This document shows, piece by piece, positions 1-9,700 of a DNA stretch of 64,000 nt. Made by a program: the position numbers and the translations under genes. Within the stretch, counting starts at the first letter, position 1, and each line of letters opens with the position of its first letter. The notes under the pieces are model-generated. The model was given only the letters and a program-made list of their open reading frames with translations, was not told where the DNA came from and made no database searches. The stretch is from Longimicrobiales bacterium (GTDB taxonomy: Bacteria; Gemmatimonadota; Gemmatimonadetes; Longimicrobiales; Gaopeijiaceae), in NCBI GenBank assembly GCA_965238005.1, contig OZ250165.1, positions 4,064,001 to 4,128,000 on the forward strand, in the 5' to 3' direction.

Positions 1-64
1 GATCTCAATCACCACCCTGTTTTTTTTCGGGCCTACCGCCCCACGCCTTTCGGGGCTCGGCGCC

Positions 65-436
65 CTACGCCCTGCCGTAGCGCACCCCGCAAAGGGGACA
101 TAAGAGGTCGTTCTTCACGCGAATCAGGAGCTGGTCCACGTGTCGCGGGCACCGGGGCTCCCGGCCTTCCTCTATCGTGTCCCGGACCTTCGTCCGCTCC
201 GTGCGCGTGGCCTTGTTGACATTCAATCGGTAACGGAGAGAAGAGGAGTTGCACTCGAGGAGTATGGACCCCGACCCGTCGGCCTCGGGCTGCACGCGCA
301 GCACTATGAGGAACCCCCCGGTGGGGGACGGTAGACGCTTTCTATCATAGTAGAGACGTAGCAACTCCTTCTCGTCGAAGAGTGGGAAGGGGGTATCACC
401 CTCCACCACGGCAATGTCCGGTCTCGTTTTGCTCAT
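65..436 (-). CDS. Hypothetical protein with C-terminal CPRH...CPLC putative zinc ribbon
   Basis: Protein-like part of ORF 65..652 starting at MSKTRPDIAVV; CxxH and CxxC motifs near the C-terminus. Confidence 0.7.
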   Translation of the reverse strand: MSKTRPDIAVVEGDTPFPLFDEKELLRLYYDRKRLPSPTGGFLIVLRVQPEADGSGSILLECNSSSLRYRLNVNKATRTERTKVRDTIEEGREPRCPRHVDQLLIRVKNDLLCPLCGVRYGRA

Positions 437-483
437 GAGGTCTCGCGGCACTCGGCGGGTCCGTAGTCCTGCTTTCTCAAGTA

Positions 484-509
484 AGAAAAAGAAGCCCGAG
501 CAAAGGGCT
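484..509 (-). terminator. Intrinsic terminator-like hairpin in the leader of the 65..436 gene
   Basis: Minus strand AGCCC-TTTGCTC-GGGCT followed by TCTTTTTCT. Confidence 0.55.
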
Positions 510-563
510 GCGGGATGGCCCGTTCGGCCCCGCCTCGCCCAAATCCCGGCTACCGGGCCCGGC

Positions 564-592
564 AAGATATCACGCGTCGGACGAGGCCGCAA
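564..592 (-). promoter_or_regulatory. Sigma70-type promoter
   Basis: Minus strand TTGCGG-N17-TATCTT. Confidence 0.5.
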
Positions 593-722
593 AGAGCGTC
601 GCCCCAACGGCGGCATCATCAGCCCAATACGGGCTGGACTTCCAGCAAACACAACAAAAAACGGCGGGAAATCCGCGTTCCCCGCCCCTCTTCAAATGCG
701 CGGCTCGACCGCTTCTCTGCGT

Positions 723-1115
723 TCAGGCTGCGTTTGCGCCGTCACCTTCGTCCGAGGTATTCTCAGCTGCACCCGTCGCAGGGTCCGAGGAGGCGGTGGG
801 CTGATCCGAAGCCTCGCCGTCGGAGACGGGCCCTGCCCCGGGCGCTTCTTCCGCCTCGGCGTCCGCAACAGGAGGCTCGGCAACCGCCGCCCGGGTCGGA
901 AAGTTGTTGATGGCAGGCTGGCAGAACCGTATCCCGACGGAGTGCAGCTCGGTGAGATCGGGCTGCCCCAACTCCGGGTAACGCTCACCTAAATAGTCTA
1001 TGGTCTCGTCCATCCAAAGGGTCTTGTCCTCAGCGGTTGCGTTGAGAACACCACATCGGTTGATGTGGCTGAACAGCTCGTCCCGAGCCTGCGCGAAGAG
1101 CTTCTCTTTGGGCAC
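723..1115 (-). CDS. Hypothetical protein, helical N-domain with acidic low-complexity tail
   Basis: 130-aa ORF, GTG start preceded by GGAGG RBS. Confidence 0.75.
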   Translation of the reverse strand: MPKEKLFAQARDELFSHINRCGVLNATAEDKTLWMDETIDYLGERYPELGQPDLTELHSVGIRFCQPAINNFPTRAAVAEPPVADAEAEEAPGAGPVSDGEASDQPTASSDPATGAAENTSDEGDGANAA

Positions 1116-1272
1116 CTACACCTCCATGTATGGTCAGGAACGGGAGTAACATGCCCGCTCCCCTTATGAAATACAATGCTTCAGCCGCTTAACCTAACTT
1201 ATGCCCCATGGTCGGCCAACTAGCGGCGAACGCCCCCGAGACGTGCCGGGGCCGGCGCTCGCGCCGGACGCC

Positions 1273-2880
1273 ATGACGGATGGCGCGACGCCGGACGCCG
1301 TGACCCTGGAGGTGTTTCGACACCTCTTTACAGCGCTCACGGAAGAGATGGGGGCGGCCCTCCGGCGTGCGTCGTTCTCGCCGAACATCAAGGAGCGGCG
1401 GGACTACTCCTGCGCCCTGTTCTCTCCCGGAGGCGTTCCCGTGGCCCTGGGAGATCACATGCCGGTCCACCTGGGGGCCATGCCCATGAGCGTGCGGGCC
1501 GCCCTCGACGAACTCGGTACGCTGAGCGCGGGGGACGTGGCCTGTCTGAACGACCCGTTCCGGGGCGGCACGCATCTTCCCGATATCACGCTGATCTCGC
1601 CCGTCCACCTGGACGAAGGAGATACCCTGCTCGGGTACGTGGCCTCACGCGCCCACCACTCTGACGTGGGCGGCGCCAGCCCGGGATCTATGCCTCTAGC
1701 CCAGGAGATCTATCAGGAGGGACTCCGGATACCGCCGGTCCTTCTGTACAGAGCGGGTGAGCGTCACAAGGACGTGTGGAATCTCATCCTGGCCAACGTG
1801 CGCACACCCGTGGAGCGAGGAGGAGACCTGGAGGCCCAGCTCGCGGCCCTACACGCCGGGCGGACCCGCCTGCTGGAGATCGCCGAGCGGCGTGGCGCAC
1901 CAGCCGCCCTGGCCGCCATGGACGACCTGGTGGAGTATGCCGACCGACTCGTGGAAGCCGGCCTGCGCGCCATCGCAGAGGGCGTCTACCGGGGCGAGGA
2001 CGTTCTGGATGACGACGGGTTCGGTACGGTGGACATACCGATCCGGGTGGCCCTGACTCGCCACGCCGAGGGACTCGAGGTCGACTTCTCGGGCAGCAGC
2101 GGCCAGGTATCGGGGGGTGTCAACGCCGTGGCCGCCATCACGGCGTCGGTCACGCGATACGTGATACGCTGTGTGGTCGAAGCCCTTTTGAACGAGCCTC
2201 TACCGGCCGGGGGCGGGTCCATGTCCATGGTGACCCTGGTCCTTCCAGAGGGCTCCATAGTGAACGCCTCGCTCCCCGCCAGCGTCGCGGCCGGCAACGT
2301 AGAGACCAGCCAACGCATTACCGACGTGTTGCTGCGTGCCTTCGGCGAGGCCCTCCCGGACCTCGTTCCGGCGCTCTCGCAGGGTACGATGAACAACATC
2401 ACTGTGGGAGGCGTCGACCCCCGGACCGGGTCCGACTTCGCATACTACGAGACCGTGGGCGGCGGCATGGGGGCTGGGCACTCCGGGGACGGACTGTCGG
2501 GAGTCCACACGCACATGTCCAACTCCCTCAACACTCCCGTCGAGGCCCTCGAACACGCGTACCCGTTCCGTGTCACGCACTACACCTTGCTGCGTGGAAG
2601 CGGTGGAGAAGGCCGCCACAGGGGTGGTGACGGCCTCCGAAGGGACATCTGCCTCCTTGTCGACGGTCGCGTGACCCTCCTGAGCGAGAGGCGGGCGCGC
2701 GGCCCCGCCGGAGCCAGTGGCGGATCGGATGGCAGCCCCGGCGAGAACGTGCTGATCCGAGAAGGCGAGGAGACCGTCCTCCCGGCCAAGACGTCATTCG
2801 AAGCCAAGGCCGGGGACGTTGTCAGCATCCGATCGCCGGGTGGAGGGGGATGGGGCGTGCCGGAGGCCACCCCTGAATGA
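1273..2880 (+). CDS. Hydantoinase B/oxoprolinase family protein
   Basis: SPNIKERRDYSCA, NDPFRGGTHLPD, HHSDVGG, C-terminal SPGGGGWG; ORF is open from 1201. Confidence 0.92.
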   Translation: MTDGATPDAVTLEVFRHLFTALTEEMGAALRRASFSPNIKERRDYSCALFSPGGVPVALGDHMPVHLGAMPMSVRAALDELGTLSAGDVACLNDPFRGGTHLPDITLISPVHLDEGDTLLGYVASRAHHSDVGGASPGSMPLAQEIYQEGLRIPPVLLYRAGERHKDVWNLILANVRTPVERGGDLEAQLAALHAGRTRLLEIAERRGAPAALAAMDDLVEYADRLVEAGLRAIAEGVYRGEDVLDDDGFGTVDIPIRVALTRHAEGLEVDFSGSSGQVSGGVNAVAAITASVTRYVIRCVVEALLNEPLPAGGGSMSMVTLVLPEGSIVNASLPASVAAGNVETSQRITDVLLRAFGEALPDLVPALSQGTMNNITVGGVDPRTGSDFAYYETVGGGMGAGHSGDGLSGVHTHMSNSLNTPVEALEHAYPFRVTHYTLLRGSGGEGRHRGGDGLRRDICLLVDGRVTLLSERRARGPAGASGGSDGSPGENVLIREGEETVLPAKTSFEAKAGDVVSIRSPGGGGWGVPEATPE

Positions 2881-2910
2881 TCTTTCCGTGACTCTCTGAC
2901 CGGAACGTCG

Positions 2911-3324
2911 ATGCAACTACAGCTCGCTCTCGTGTGTGACCACGCTGAGCAGACCCCCGAAGGCAAGCTGGACCTCAAGGGCGTGTTCAACGACCTTGCG
3001 GCCCCCGGTTTCCCTGCCAAGCACGACATGTTCCTCGTGCTGGCGGTGGAGTGGGACCGATCCGACCAGGGGAGGTACGACTTCCAGGTCGATCTCCTGG
3101 ATCCTTCAACCAGGTCCACAATGACCATCCGCGGGCACTCCGACGTGGACCGCAGAGATCCCGGACGCCCGCCCGCCCGCACCCGGATCATCATGCCGCT
3201 TCAGGACGTCATCTTCCCGGGAGCCGGCCAGTACAGGTTCCAGATCCAGGTGAAGGGACGGACCCACGAGGGTCCCTCCCTCTTTCTCATGGAGGAGGAG
3301 CCTGTGGGGGACGCGGGGGAGTGA
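2911..3324 (+). CDS. DUF6941-like beta-sandwich protein
   Basis: LALVCDHA..GKLDLKGVF..FPA..FPGAGQYRF pattern. Confidence 0.7.
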   Translation: MQLQLALVCDHAEQTPEGKLDLKGVFNDLAAPGFPAKHDMFLVLAVEWDRSDQGRYDFQVDLLDPSTRSTMTIRGHSDVDRRDPGRPPARTRIIMPLQDVIFPGAGQYRFQIQVKGRTHEGPSLFLMEEEPVGDAGE

Positions 3325-4394
3325 GCGCGATCGGAGCCGGTGCCGCCGCCCGCCTCGCTCGGGCGGACCGCGTGTGCATCGTCCTCCTCTCGGGCATCGG
3401 GGACGTGATACATGGACTTCCGGTGGCCGTAGCGCTCAAGCGGGATCAACCCTCTCGCCGGGTGGTGTGGGTCGCCCAGCCCGCCCCGGCCCAGGTCCTG
3501 GAGCACCACTCCGCAGTGGACGAGATAGTCGTCTTCGAGCCAGGAGCCGGCTTCGGAGCCCTCAGGCGGCTTTGGGCCGCCTTCCAGGGAAGGCCCTGCG
3601 AGGTCACGCTGAACATGCAGCGATATGCCAAGACCCTGCTTCCCACCTATCTGTCGGGAGCATCCGTTCGGGTCGGTCTTGCCCCGTCGCGGACCCGCGA
3701 CGGGGTGAGGCTCATCAACACCGTGCACACCCCCGAGGGACCGTGGCGGCACACGCAGGACCTCTTTCTCGAGTTTCTGGATCAAGTCGGGGTCGGACGG
3801 CCGGACCCACTGGAGTGGGCCATCGCCTTCTCCGACGAGGAGCAGCGAGAGGCGGCCGACTTCTTCGCTCATCTGGGGGGAGGACCGGTGGTCGCGCTGG
3901 CACTCACCACGGCCAACCCGAAGAAGGACTGGCTCCCAGACCGGTACACAGCTCTCGCCGACGTGCTGGAGGAGGAGCTCGGCTATACGGTCCTGCTTCT
4001 GGGTGGTCCGGGCGACTCCGACCAGAAGGCCGCGCGAATCGTGACGGACCAGGTACGCGGATCACCCGTCTGGGGGCTCTCCGACTCGGTGCGAAGGTTG
4101 ATCTGGAGCATCCGTGGCTGCGACCTGGTGATCAGCCCCGACACGGGAGCACTTCACATCGCCCATGCCCTGGGGGTTCCCGTAGTGGGCCTCTTCGGTC
4201 ACACCAACCCATGGCGGGTAGGCCCCTACGAGCGTTTCCACGACCTGATCGTGGATCGCTACTCCAACCCTGGCGAGACGCCCGACCCCTCCCGCTACGA
4301 GCCGCGCCATGAGCGAATGGAGCGCATCACCGTGACGGACGTCCTGGAGCGGGTCTGGGTGGCAGAGCGAGAGTACGGGGTGGGCGCGGCGTGA
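3321..4394 (+). CDS. Glycosyltransferase family 9 (LPS heptosyltransferase, OpsX/WaaC-like)
   Basis: LSGIGDVIH, SPDTGALHIAHA, VGLFGHTNP; GTG start overlaps the upstream stop. Confidence 0.9.
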   Translation: MSAIGAGAAARLARADRVCIVLLSGIGDVIHGLPVAVALKRDQPSRRVVWVAQPAPAQVLEHHSAVDEIVVFEPGAGFGALRRLWAAFQGRPCEVTLNMQRYAKTLLPTYLSGASVRVGLAPSRTRDGVRLINTVHTPEGPWRHTQDLFLEFLDQVGVGRPDPLEWAIAFSDEEQREAADFFAHLGGGPVVALALTTANPKKDWLPDRYTALADVLEEELGYTVLLLGGPGDSDQKAARIVTDQVRGSPVWGLSDSVRRLIWSIRGCDLVISPDTGALHIAHALGVPVVGLFGHTNPWRVGPYERFHDLIVDRYSNPGETPDPSRYEPRHERMERITVTDVLERVWVAEREYGVGAA

Positions 4395-5191
4395 GCGGGA
4401 CGGTCGCGCACCCCGCATACGTGGCCGTGCCGGGCTTCGAATCGGCCCGGGTGGGCACTGCGCTGGTCGTCGCTCGGCCAGAGGCGCTGGCGTGGGCCCG
4501 GGACGCCCTGGGCCGAAACGGGTCACTTCACTCGGCGGCCCTGGCGGACGCGACTCTGTGGCTCCGCGGTCGAGGGCCCATCCCGGTGATGCTCAATCCG
4601 GTGGGAGAGGGCCCTGCCTGGGCGGTTCGCCATTACAGGAGGGGCGGCGGAATGCGGATCATGGACGACCGCTTCCTCCGTCTGGGAAAGCCGCGGAGCC
4701 TTCGGGAGCTGCAGAGCAGTGTTCGGGTGCGGGAGCTGGGGATCACGACGCCGCAGGTGGTGGCCGCGGCAGTCTACCCGGCAGGACTGTTCTACCGGGC
4801 CGACCTCGTCACTGAGTTCGTGTACGACGCAAGGGAGTTGGCGGACGTGCTCCTCGGCACTCCGGACTCCCTGGCCCCGCCCGCCGACGCCGACATGCGA
4901 GCCCAGGCCCTGACCTGCACTACCCAGCTCGTGGCCCGCATGACGGAGCACGGGATCCGGCATCCGGACCTGAACGCCCGCAACATCCTTCTGGCACAGA
5001 GCTCGCATGGCATGGAAGCGATCCTGCTCGATCTGGATCGCTGCGTCATCGGCGGGACGTCGACACCCGGCGGCGGACCCAGGCTTCGCCGGCGCCTCGC
5101 CCGCTCGATCCGCAAGCTGCAGCGCACCCGCTCAGGAGGGCTGAGTGAGAAGGAGATGGAGGTCATTCTGACCGTATCGGAGAAGCCATGA
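4391..5191 (+). CDS. kdkA: 3-deoxy-D-manno-octulosonic acid (Kdo) kinase
   Basis: VRHYRRGG, YRADLVT, HPDLNARNIL, LDLDR, RLARS motifs. Confidence 0.85.
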   Translation: MSGTVAHPAYVAVPGFESARVGTALVVARPEALAWARDALGRNGSLHSAALADATLWLRGRGPIPVMLNPVGEGPAWAVRHYRRGGGMRIMDDRFLRLGKPRSLRELQSSVRVRELGITTPQVVAAAVYPAGLFYRADLVTEFVYDARELADVLLGTPDSLAPPADADMRAQALTCTTQLVARMTEHGIRHPDLNARNILLAQSSHGMEAILLDLDRCVIGGTSTPGGGPRLRRRLARSIRKLQRTRSGGLSEKEMEVILTVSEKP

Positions 5192-6228
5192 CGCGCGCGA
5201 TGACTCCGCCCGAATCCGTCTGCATCGTGATGCTGAGCGCCATCGGCGACGCGGTCCACGTCCTGCCGGTAGCCAACGCCCTGAAGCGGGCGTGGCCCGA
5301 GACGAAGATCTCGTGGATCATCCAGCCCGTTCCGAAAATCCTGGTGGAAGGACATCCCGCCGTCGACGAGCTCATCGTCTACCGCCGCCGACGAGGCATC
5401 AACGCCTGGGCAGGCTTCGCCGAGCTGGGGAACTGTCTCAAGGGACGTCGGTTCGATCTGGCACTGGCCCTGCAGGTGTACTTCAAGGCTGGGCTCATCA
5501 CCGGTATGCTCCCGGCCAGGAGGAAGCTCGGCTTCGACACGGCCCGGGCCCGAGACGCCAACTGGCTCTTCACCAACGAGCGGATAACCGCCCATGCGCC
5601 CCAGCACGTGCAGGAGCAGTACTGTGAGTTTGTGCGCCATCTGGGCATCGATCCCGAGCCGGTGGAGTGGGGCGTACACCTCTCGGACCAGGAGCGTGAG
5701 GCTCAAGCCCGTTTCTTCGGCGAGCTCGACCGGCCGGTGTGCGCCGTGGTGGTCGGGACGAGCAAGCCCGCCAAGAACTGGACCCCCGAGGGCTACGCCC
5801 GTGTCTTGGAGGAGCTCGAGTTCACGCATGGGCTCCAGCCCATCCTCGTGGGCGGGCCATCGCCGGTGGAGCGGGAGATGGCCGACCGTATTCTCGGGCT
5901 CACCAAGGCTCACCCCCTGGACACCCTGGGCAATGATCTCAGACGCGCCATCTACCTTCTGGACGGCAGCGCCCTCACCGTGAGTCCGGACACGGGCCCC
6001 CTTCACATCAGCAGAGCCCTGGAGACTCCGGTCATCGGTCTGTACGGGTATACCAATCCCAAGAGGACCGGACCCTACCGTCGCTTCTACGACTTAGTCG
6101 TGGACGGATACGCCGCATTTCCGGGCGAGGAGTATCCCGTGTCCATGGAGTATCGAGACGGCATGAGGCGCATCACCACGGAGATGGTTGTGGAGAAGGT
6201 GGAACTGGCGGTGCAGAGATACCTATAA
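5188..6228 (+). CDS. Glycosyltransferase family 9 (LPS heptosyltransferase)
   Basis: LSAIGDAVH, SPDTGPLH, GYTNPKRTGPY; paralogue of 3321..4394. Confidence 0.92.
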   Translation: MTRAMTPPESVCIVMLSAIGDAVHVLPVANALKRAWPETKISWIIQPVPKILVEGHPAVDELIVYRRRRGINAWAGFAELGNCLKGRRFDLALALQVYFKAGLITGMLPARRKLGFDTARARDANWLFTNERITAHAPQHVQEQYCEFVRHLGIDPEPVEWGVHLSDQEREAQARFFGELDRPVCAVVVGTSKPAKNWTPEGYARVLEELEFTHGLQPILVGGPSPVEREMADRILGLTKAHPLDTLGNDLRRAIYLLDGSALTVSPDTGPLHISRALETPVIGLYGYTNPKRTGPYRRFYDLVVDGYAAFPGEEYPVSMEYRDGMRRITTEMVVEKVELAVQRYL

Positions 6229-6326
6229 GCGGGACCGTCGAGGTCTCGAGGGGCGAGCTGGGCGAGCTCCATGCCCACCGTCGCCCGGCGTCTCCCGATC
6301 TTCCCATCCCCATCGGCACGGAGTGT

Positions 6327-6761
6327 GTGGGCGTGAAGAGTCGAGGTGTAGGTAGATGGACGGCTACCATGGTCGTAGCGGCGGCGGCCATGACGGGATG
6401 CCAGGCCGGAGCCGACTCGGGTGCGGCTGCCCCCATGGACGAGGTCCAGGTCTTCCTGCGCCAGGTTGCGGCCACGGCCCCGGCCGAGGTAGCCCAGGGC
6501 AAGGCATTGTTCGAGGAGTACTGCAGCGCCTGCCACGGACCCGCCGCCGACGGGACCGAGCAGGGTCCACCCCTGGCACACAAGATCTACGAGCCGAGCC
6601 ACCACGCCGACGCGTCCTTCGTGCTGGCCGTGAGGATCGGGGTGCGGACCCACCACTGGCGATTCGGAGACATGCAGCCGGTGCCGGCGGTCACCGACGA
6701 GATGGTCCAGGAAATCATCGGGTACGTCCGCTGGCTTCAGCGCAAGGTGGGAATCGAATAG
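6327..6761 (+). CDS. Monoheme cytochrome c lipoprotein
   Basis: Lipobox-like MTGC, CSACH heme motif, HHWRFGDM; exact start uncertain. Confidence 0.85.
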   Translation: MGVKSRGVGRWTATMVVAAAAMTGCQAGADSGAAAPMDEVQVFLRQVAATAPAEVAQGKALFEEYCSACHGPAADGTEQGPPLAHKIYEPSHHADASFVLAVRIGVRTHHWRFGDMQPVPAVTDEMVQEIIGYVRWLQRKVGIE

Positions 6762-6871
6762 GGCCTTGCCGAAACCGTAGCGACTCGATTCCGTAGGAAC
6801 ATGAGGAGTCTCTGAGGGTTTAGGGTTATCCGCTTTCAGGGTGCGCTTGCACAAACGTAGGACGGCCACAC

Positions 6872-8788
6872 ATGCGACGACTCGCGGCCATCATGTTCAC
6901 CGACATGGTGGGCTTCACCGCCCTGATGCAGGAAGACGAGCACCGGGCGAAGAGCATCCGCGACCGTCATCGGGATGCGCTCCGCGAGTCCATTGAAAAG
7001 CACGGCGGGGAGCTCGTCCAGTTCTACGGTGACGGAACCCTCAGCGTCTTCGGCAGCGCCATCGAGGGGGTCAACGCCGCCGTCGCAGCACAACGCCGGC
7101 TCCAGCAGGGCCCGCCGATCCCGGTCCGGATCGGAATCCACATCGGCGACATCAACCACGACGAGGACGGGGTCTACGGGGACGGCGTCAACGTCGCCGC
7201 CCGCATCCAGGCCCTTTCGGTTCCGGGAGGCGTGCTCGTCTCCGGCAAGGTCTTCGACGAGATCAAGAACCACCCGGAGCTACCGGCAACGGGCCTGGGC
7301 GAGTTCGAGCTGAAGAACGTCCAGCGACCGGTCCGCATCTTCGCCCTCTCGGTACCAGGGCTCGTGGTTCCCGACCCGAACCAGATGAATCCCAAGGAGC
7401 AGAGGAAGAAGACCATCGCCGTGCTCCCCTTCGTCAACATGAGCGCCGATCCGGAGAACGAGTTCTTCAGCGACGGCATCGCGGAGGAGCTCATCAACGC
7501 GCTTACGCGCGTCGAAGGGCTCCAAGTGACGGCCCGCACGTCTTCCTTCGCCTTCAAGGGCAAGAACAAGGACGTTCGAAAGATCGGAAAGGATCTGGGC
7601 GTCAGTGCCATTCTGGAGGGCAGCGTCCGCAAGGCGGGGAATCGGGTCCGGATCACCGCTCAGCTCATCGACACCCGGGACGGCTACCACATCTTCTCCA
7701 AGGTATACGACCGGGTGCTGGAGGACATCTTCAAGACCCAGGACGAAATTTCCCTCGAGATCGTCAACGAGCTCCGAGCAACCCTGCCGGGAAACGGGGA
7801 AAAGCCGTCTCTCGTCACGGCCCCCACGGAGAACTCCGAGGCGTACGACTCCTACCTCAAGGGACTGTACTGCTGGTATCAGTGGACCCCCGACGCCGCG
7901 CTCCAGGCGGTCGATCACTTCCAGCACGCCGTCGATCTGGACCCCGAGTTCGCCCAGGCCTGGGCGGCCATGGCGCGCACTCACACCTACCTGGCCGCCA
8001 TCGGGCGTCTCACGGCCTGTGGTAAGGCGTACGGATGTGCCTCCGACGCGGCCGCGAAAGCCATCGAGCTCGATCCCGACCTCGAGGACTCCCATGTGGC
8101 CCTGGCCCTGGTGCGACTCTTCCACGACTGGGACCTGCCCGCGTGCGAGGCGTCGTTCCTGCGGGCCATGTCCATCAACCCGGACTCGGTTGAGGTCCTG
8201 CACGGCTACTCCCTGTACTTCACTGCCGCCGGCCGTCACGAGGAGGCCGTCACCGTCCTGGAGAAGGCTGCCACCATCGATCCCCTCAACCTTCCGGTGC
8301 GGGATCACCTGGCTCGGGTCTACATGGCCACGGAGCGCTTCGACGACGCCCTGGCCCAATTCGACCGGGTCATGGAGCTGGATCCCGAGTTCCGGGCCGC
8401 GCTCGAGGGCAAGGGCTTTACCTACATGGTCATGGATCGCCTCGACGACGCCCTGGCCACCTTCGAGCAAGTGCGGGAGCTGACGCCTCACCCCAAGGGC
8501 GGCATCACACCTCTGGCCATTGCCCTGGCTTTAGCCGGCCGCACGACGGAGGCGGGGGAGCTATTGACCATCATCGAGGAACGTGAGCGGGAAGAGCCTG
8601 ACGTGTCCCTGGACCTGGACTTCGCCTCCGTCTACTGGGCCCTGGGGCGGTCGGACGAAGCGATGGCTCGGCTTCGCAAGGCGGCTGAATCGCGCATCGG
8701 CGCTCTCGTCTTCCTGAGACACAGCCCGATCTGGTATCTCGGGCAGCTGGAGGGCGTCTCGGAGCTCCTGGCGGAGCACGGACTCTAG
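6872..8788 (+). CDS. Class III nucleotidyl cyclase + TolB-like + TPR protein
   Basis: FTDMVGFT, GDG, GDGVNVAARI; IAVLPFVNMS..EFFSDG..LEGSVR; TPR repeats. Confidence 0.9.
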   Translation: MRRLAAIMFTDMVGFTALMQEDEHRAKSIRDRHRDALRESIEKHGGELVQFYGDGTLSVFGSAIEGVNAAVAAQRRLQQGPPIPVRIGIHIGDINHDEDGVYGDGVNVAARIQALSVPGGVLVSGKVFDEIKNHPELPATGLGEFELKNVQRPVRIFALSVPGLVVPDPNQMNPKEQRKKTIAVLPFVNMSADPENEFFSDGIAEELINALTRVEGLQVTARTSSFAFKGKNKDVRKIGKDLGVSAILEGSVRKAGNRVRITAQLIDTRDGYHIFSKVYDRVLEDIFKTQDEISLEIVNELRATLPGNGEKPSLVTAPTENSEAYDSYLKGLYCWYQWTPDAALQAVDHFQHAVDLDPEFAQAWAAMARTHTYLAAIGRLTACGKAYGCASDAAAKAIELDPDLEDSHVALALVRLFHDWDLPACEASFLRAMSINPDSVEVLHGYSLYFTAAGRHEEAVTVLEKAATIDPLNLPVRDHLARVYMATERFDDALAQFDRVMELDPEFRAALEGKGFTYMVMDRLDDALATFEQVRELTPHPKGGITPLAIALALAGRTTEAGELLTIIEEREREEPDVSLDLDFASVYWALGRSDEAMARLRKAAESRIGALVFLRHSPIWYLGQLEGVSELLAEHGL

Positions 8789-8852
8789 TAGGAGCCTGTC
8801 CGAGTAATGGGGTGCGGCCGCACACCTTCGGGTCCGTAGCCCACCCATCGAT

Positions 8853-9332
8853 CTACGGCCGAACCGTCCCGTCTGCCGAGACTTGAAAGGCCAGACCGGG
8901 CTCCACGCCGCTCCCCGGAGTATCCACCACGCGGACCAACCGGGTGCCGTTGGCGAACACGCCCTCGGTGCTCGCGCCCGTGGGGTTGAGATCGCACACG
9001 TTGGGGTCACTCACCCGTACCCGTTGCTCCTCGTCCACAGGGACATCGGAGAACGTGATCTCCCAGCGATCGTGCTCCACCGCCGTCATGAAGACCGCGA
9101 TGAAGCCCCTCCAGCCCGCGTGGATATGCGTCATGGACACGCCTTGGACGCAGCCAGGGAACGCCGCCGCGACTCCCGGATCGGTCGTCGTCGAGGCCTC
9201 GTAGACGAAGCGGACAATGGCGATCGTTCCGGCCGGACTGGAGGGATCGTCCCCGCATCCCAGGAGACTGAGCAAGGTCAGAACGGCCGAACAGCGCCAG
9301 GATCCCACGGGGCCTCTCTCGCTTCCAGACAT
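8853..9332 (-). CDS. Hypothetical lipoprotein
   Basis: LLSLLGC lipobox followed by a beta-rich domain with a Cys pair. Confidence 0.65.
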   Translation of the reverse strand: MSGSERGPVGSWRCSAVLTLLSLLGCGDDPSSPAGTIAIVRFVYEASTTTDPGVAAAFPGCVQGVSMTHIHAGWRGFIAVFMTAVEHDRWEITFSDVPVDEEQRVRVSDPNVCDLNPTGASTEGVFANGTRLVRVVDTPGSGVEPGLAFQVSADGTVRP

Positions 9333-9700
9333 GATCAGGGCCATCGCCTTACTTATTCGCACGAGCGGCGTATGGCTTTCCGCGGCTCGACCAGAGCACC
9401 CGGTGCCATCGCTCCGGCTTGCTGGTTGCGACGCTCCCCTCGCTGTACTCTTCTCACCCGTGGGGACCCGTCACGCCGTCGCTTCCTGCGCCGACACTTC
9501 GAGCACCCTAACACAGTGGTGCCGCCATAAAGATCAGACAGGTCAGACTCGGAGCTTCGGTCCTTCTTTTGTGCGCCGCCGGCTGTGACCGTACTACGGC
9601 CCCCTGGTCGTCGCAAACGATCTCATGATGATCGTCCTCGGGGACAGCATCGAAGTGATGGATCGACCTCTGTCGGACAACGAACCGTTCGAGGAGTCCC

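Noticed and set aside
490..557. SRP RNA or c-di-GMP riboswitch identity for the leader
   Set aside because: Lacks the SRP helix-8 and GEMM consensus motifs; kept only as an unknown leader
1180..1198. DtxR/IdeR-like box (TAACCTAA)
   Set aside because: Only one half-site matches
8788..8806. TAGGAGCCTGTCCGA resembling an IS end, with a partial inverse near 48619
   Set aside because: Short match, 40 kb apart, no transposase; probably chance or an unresolvable relic
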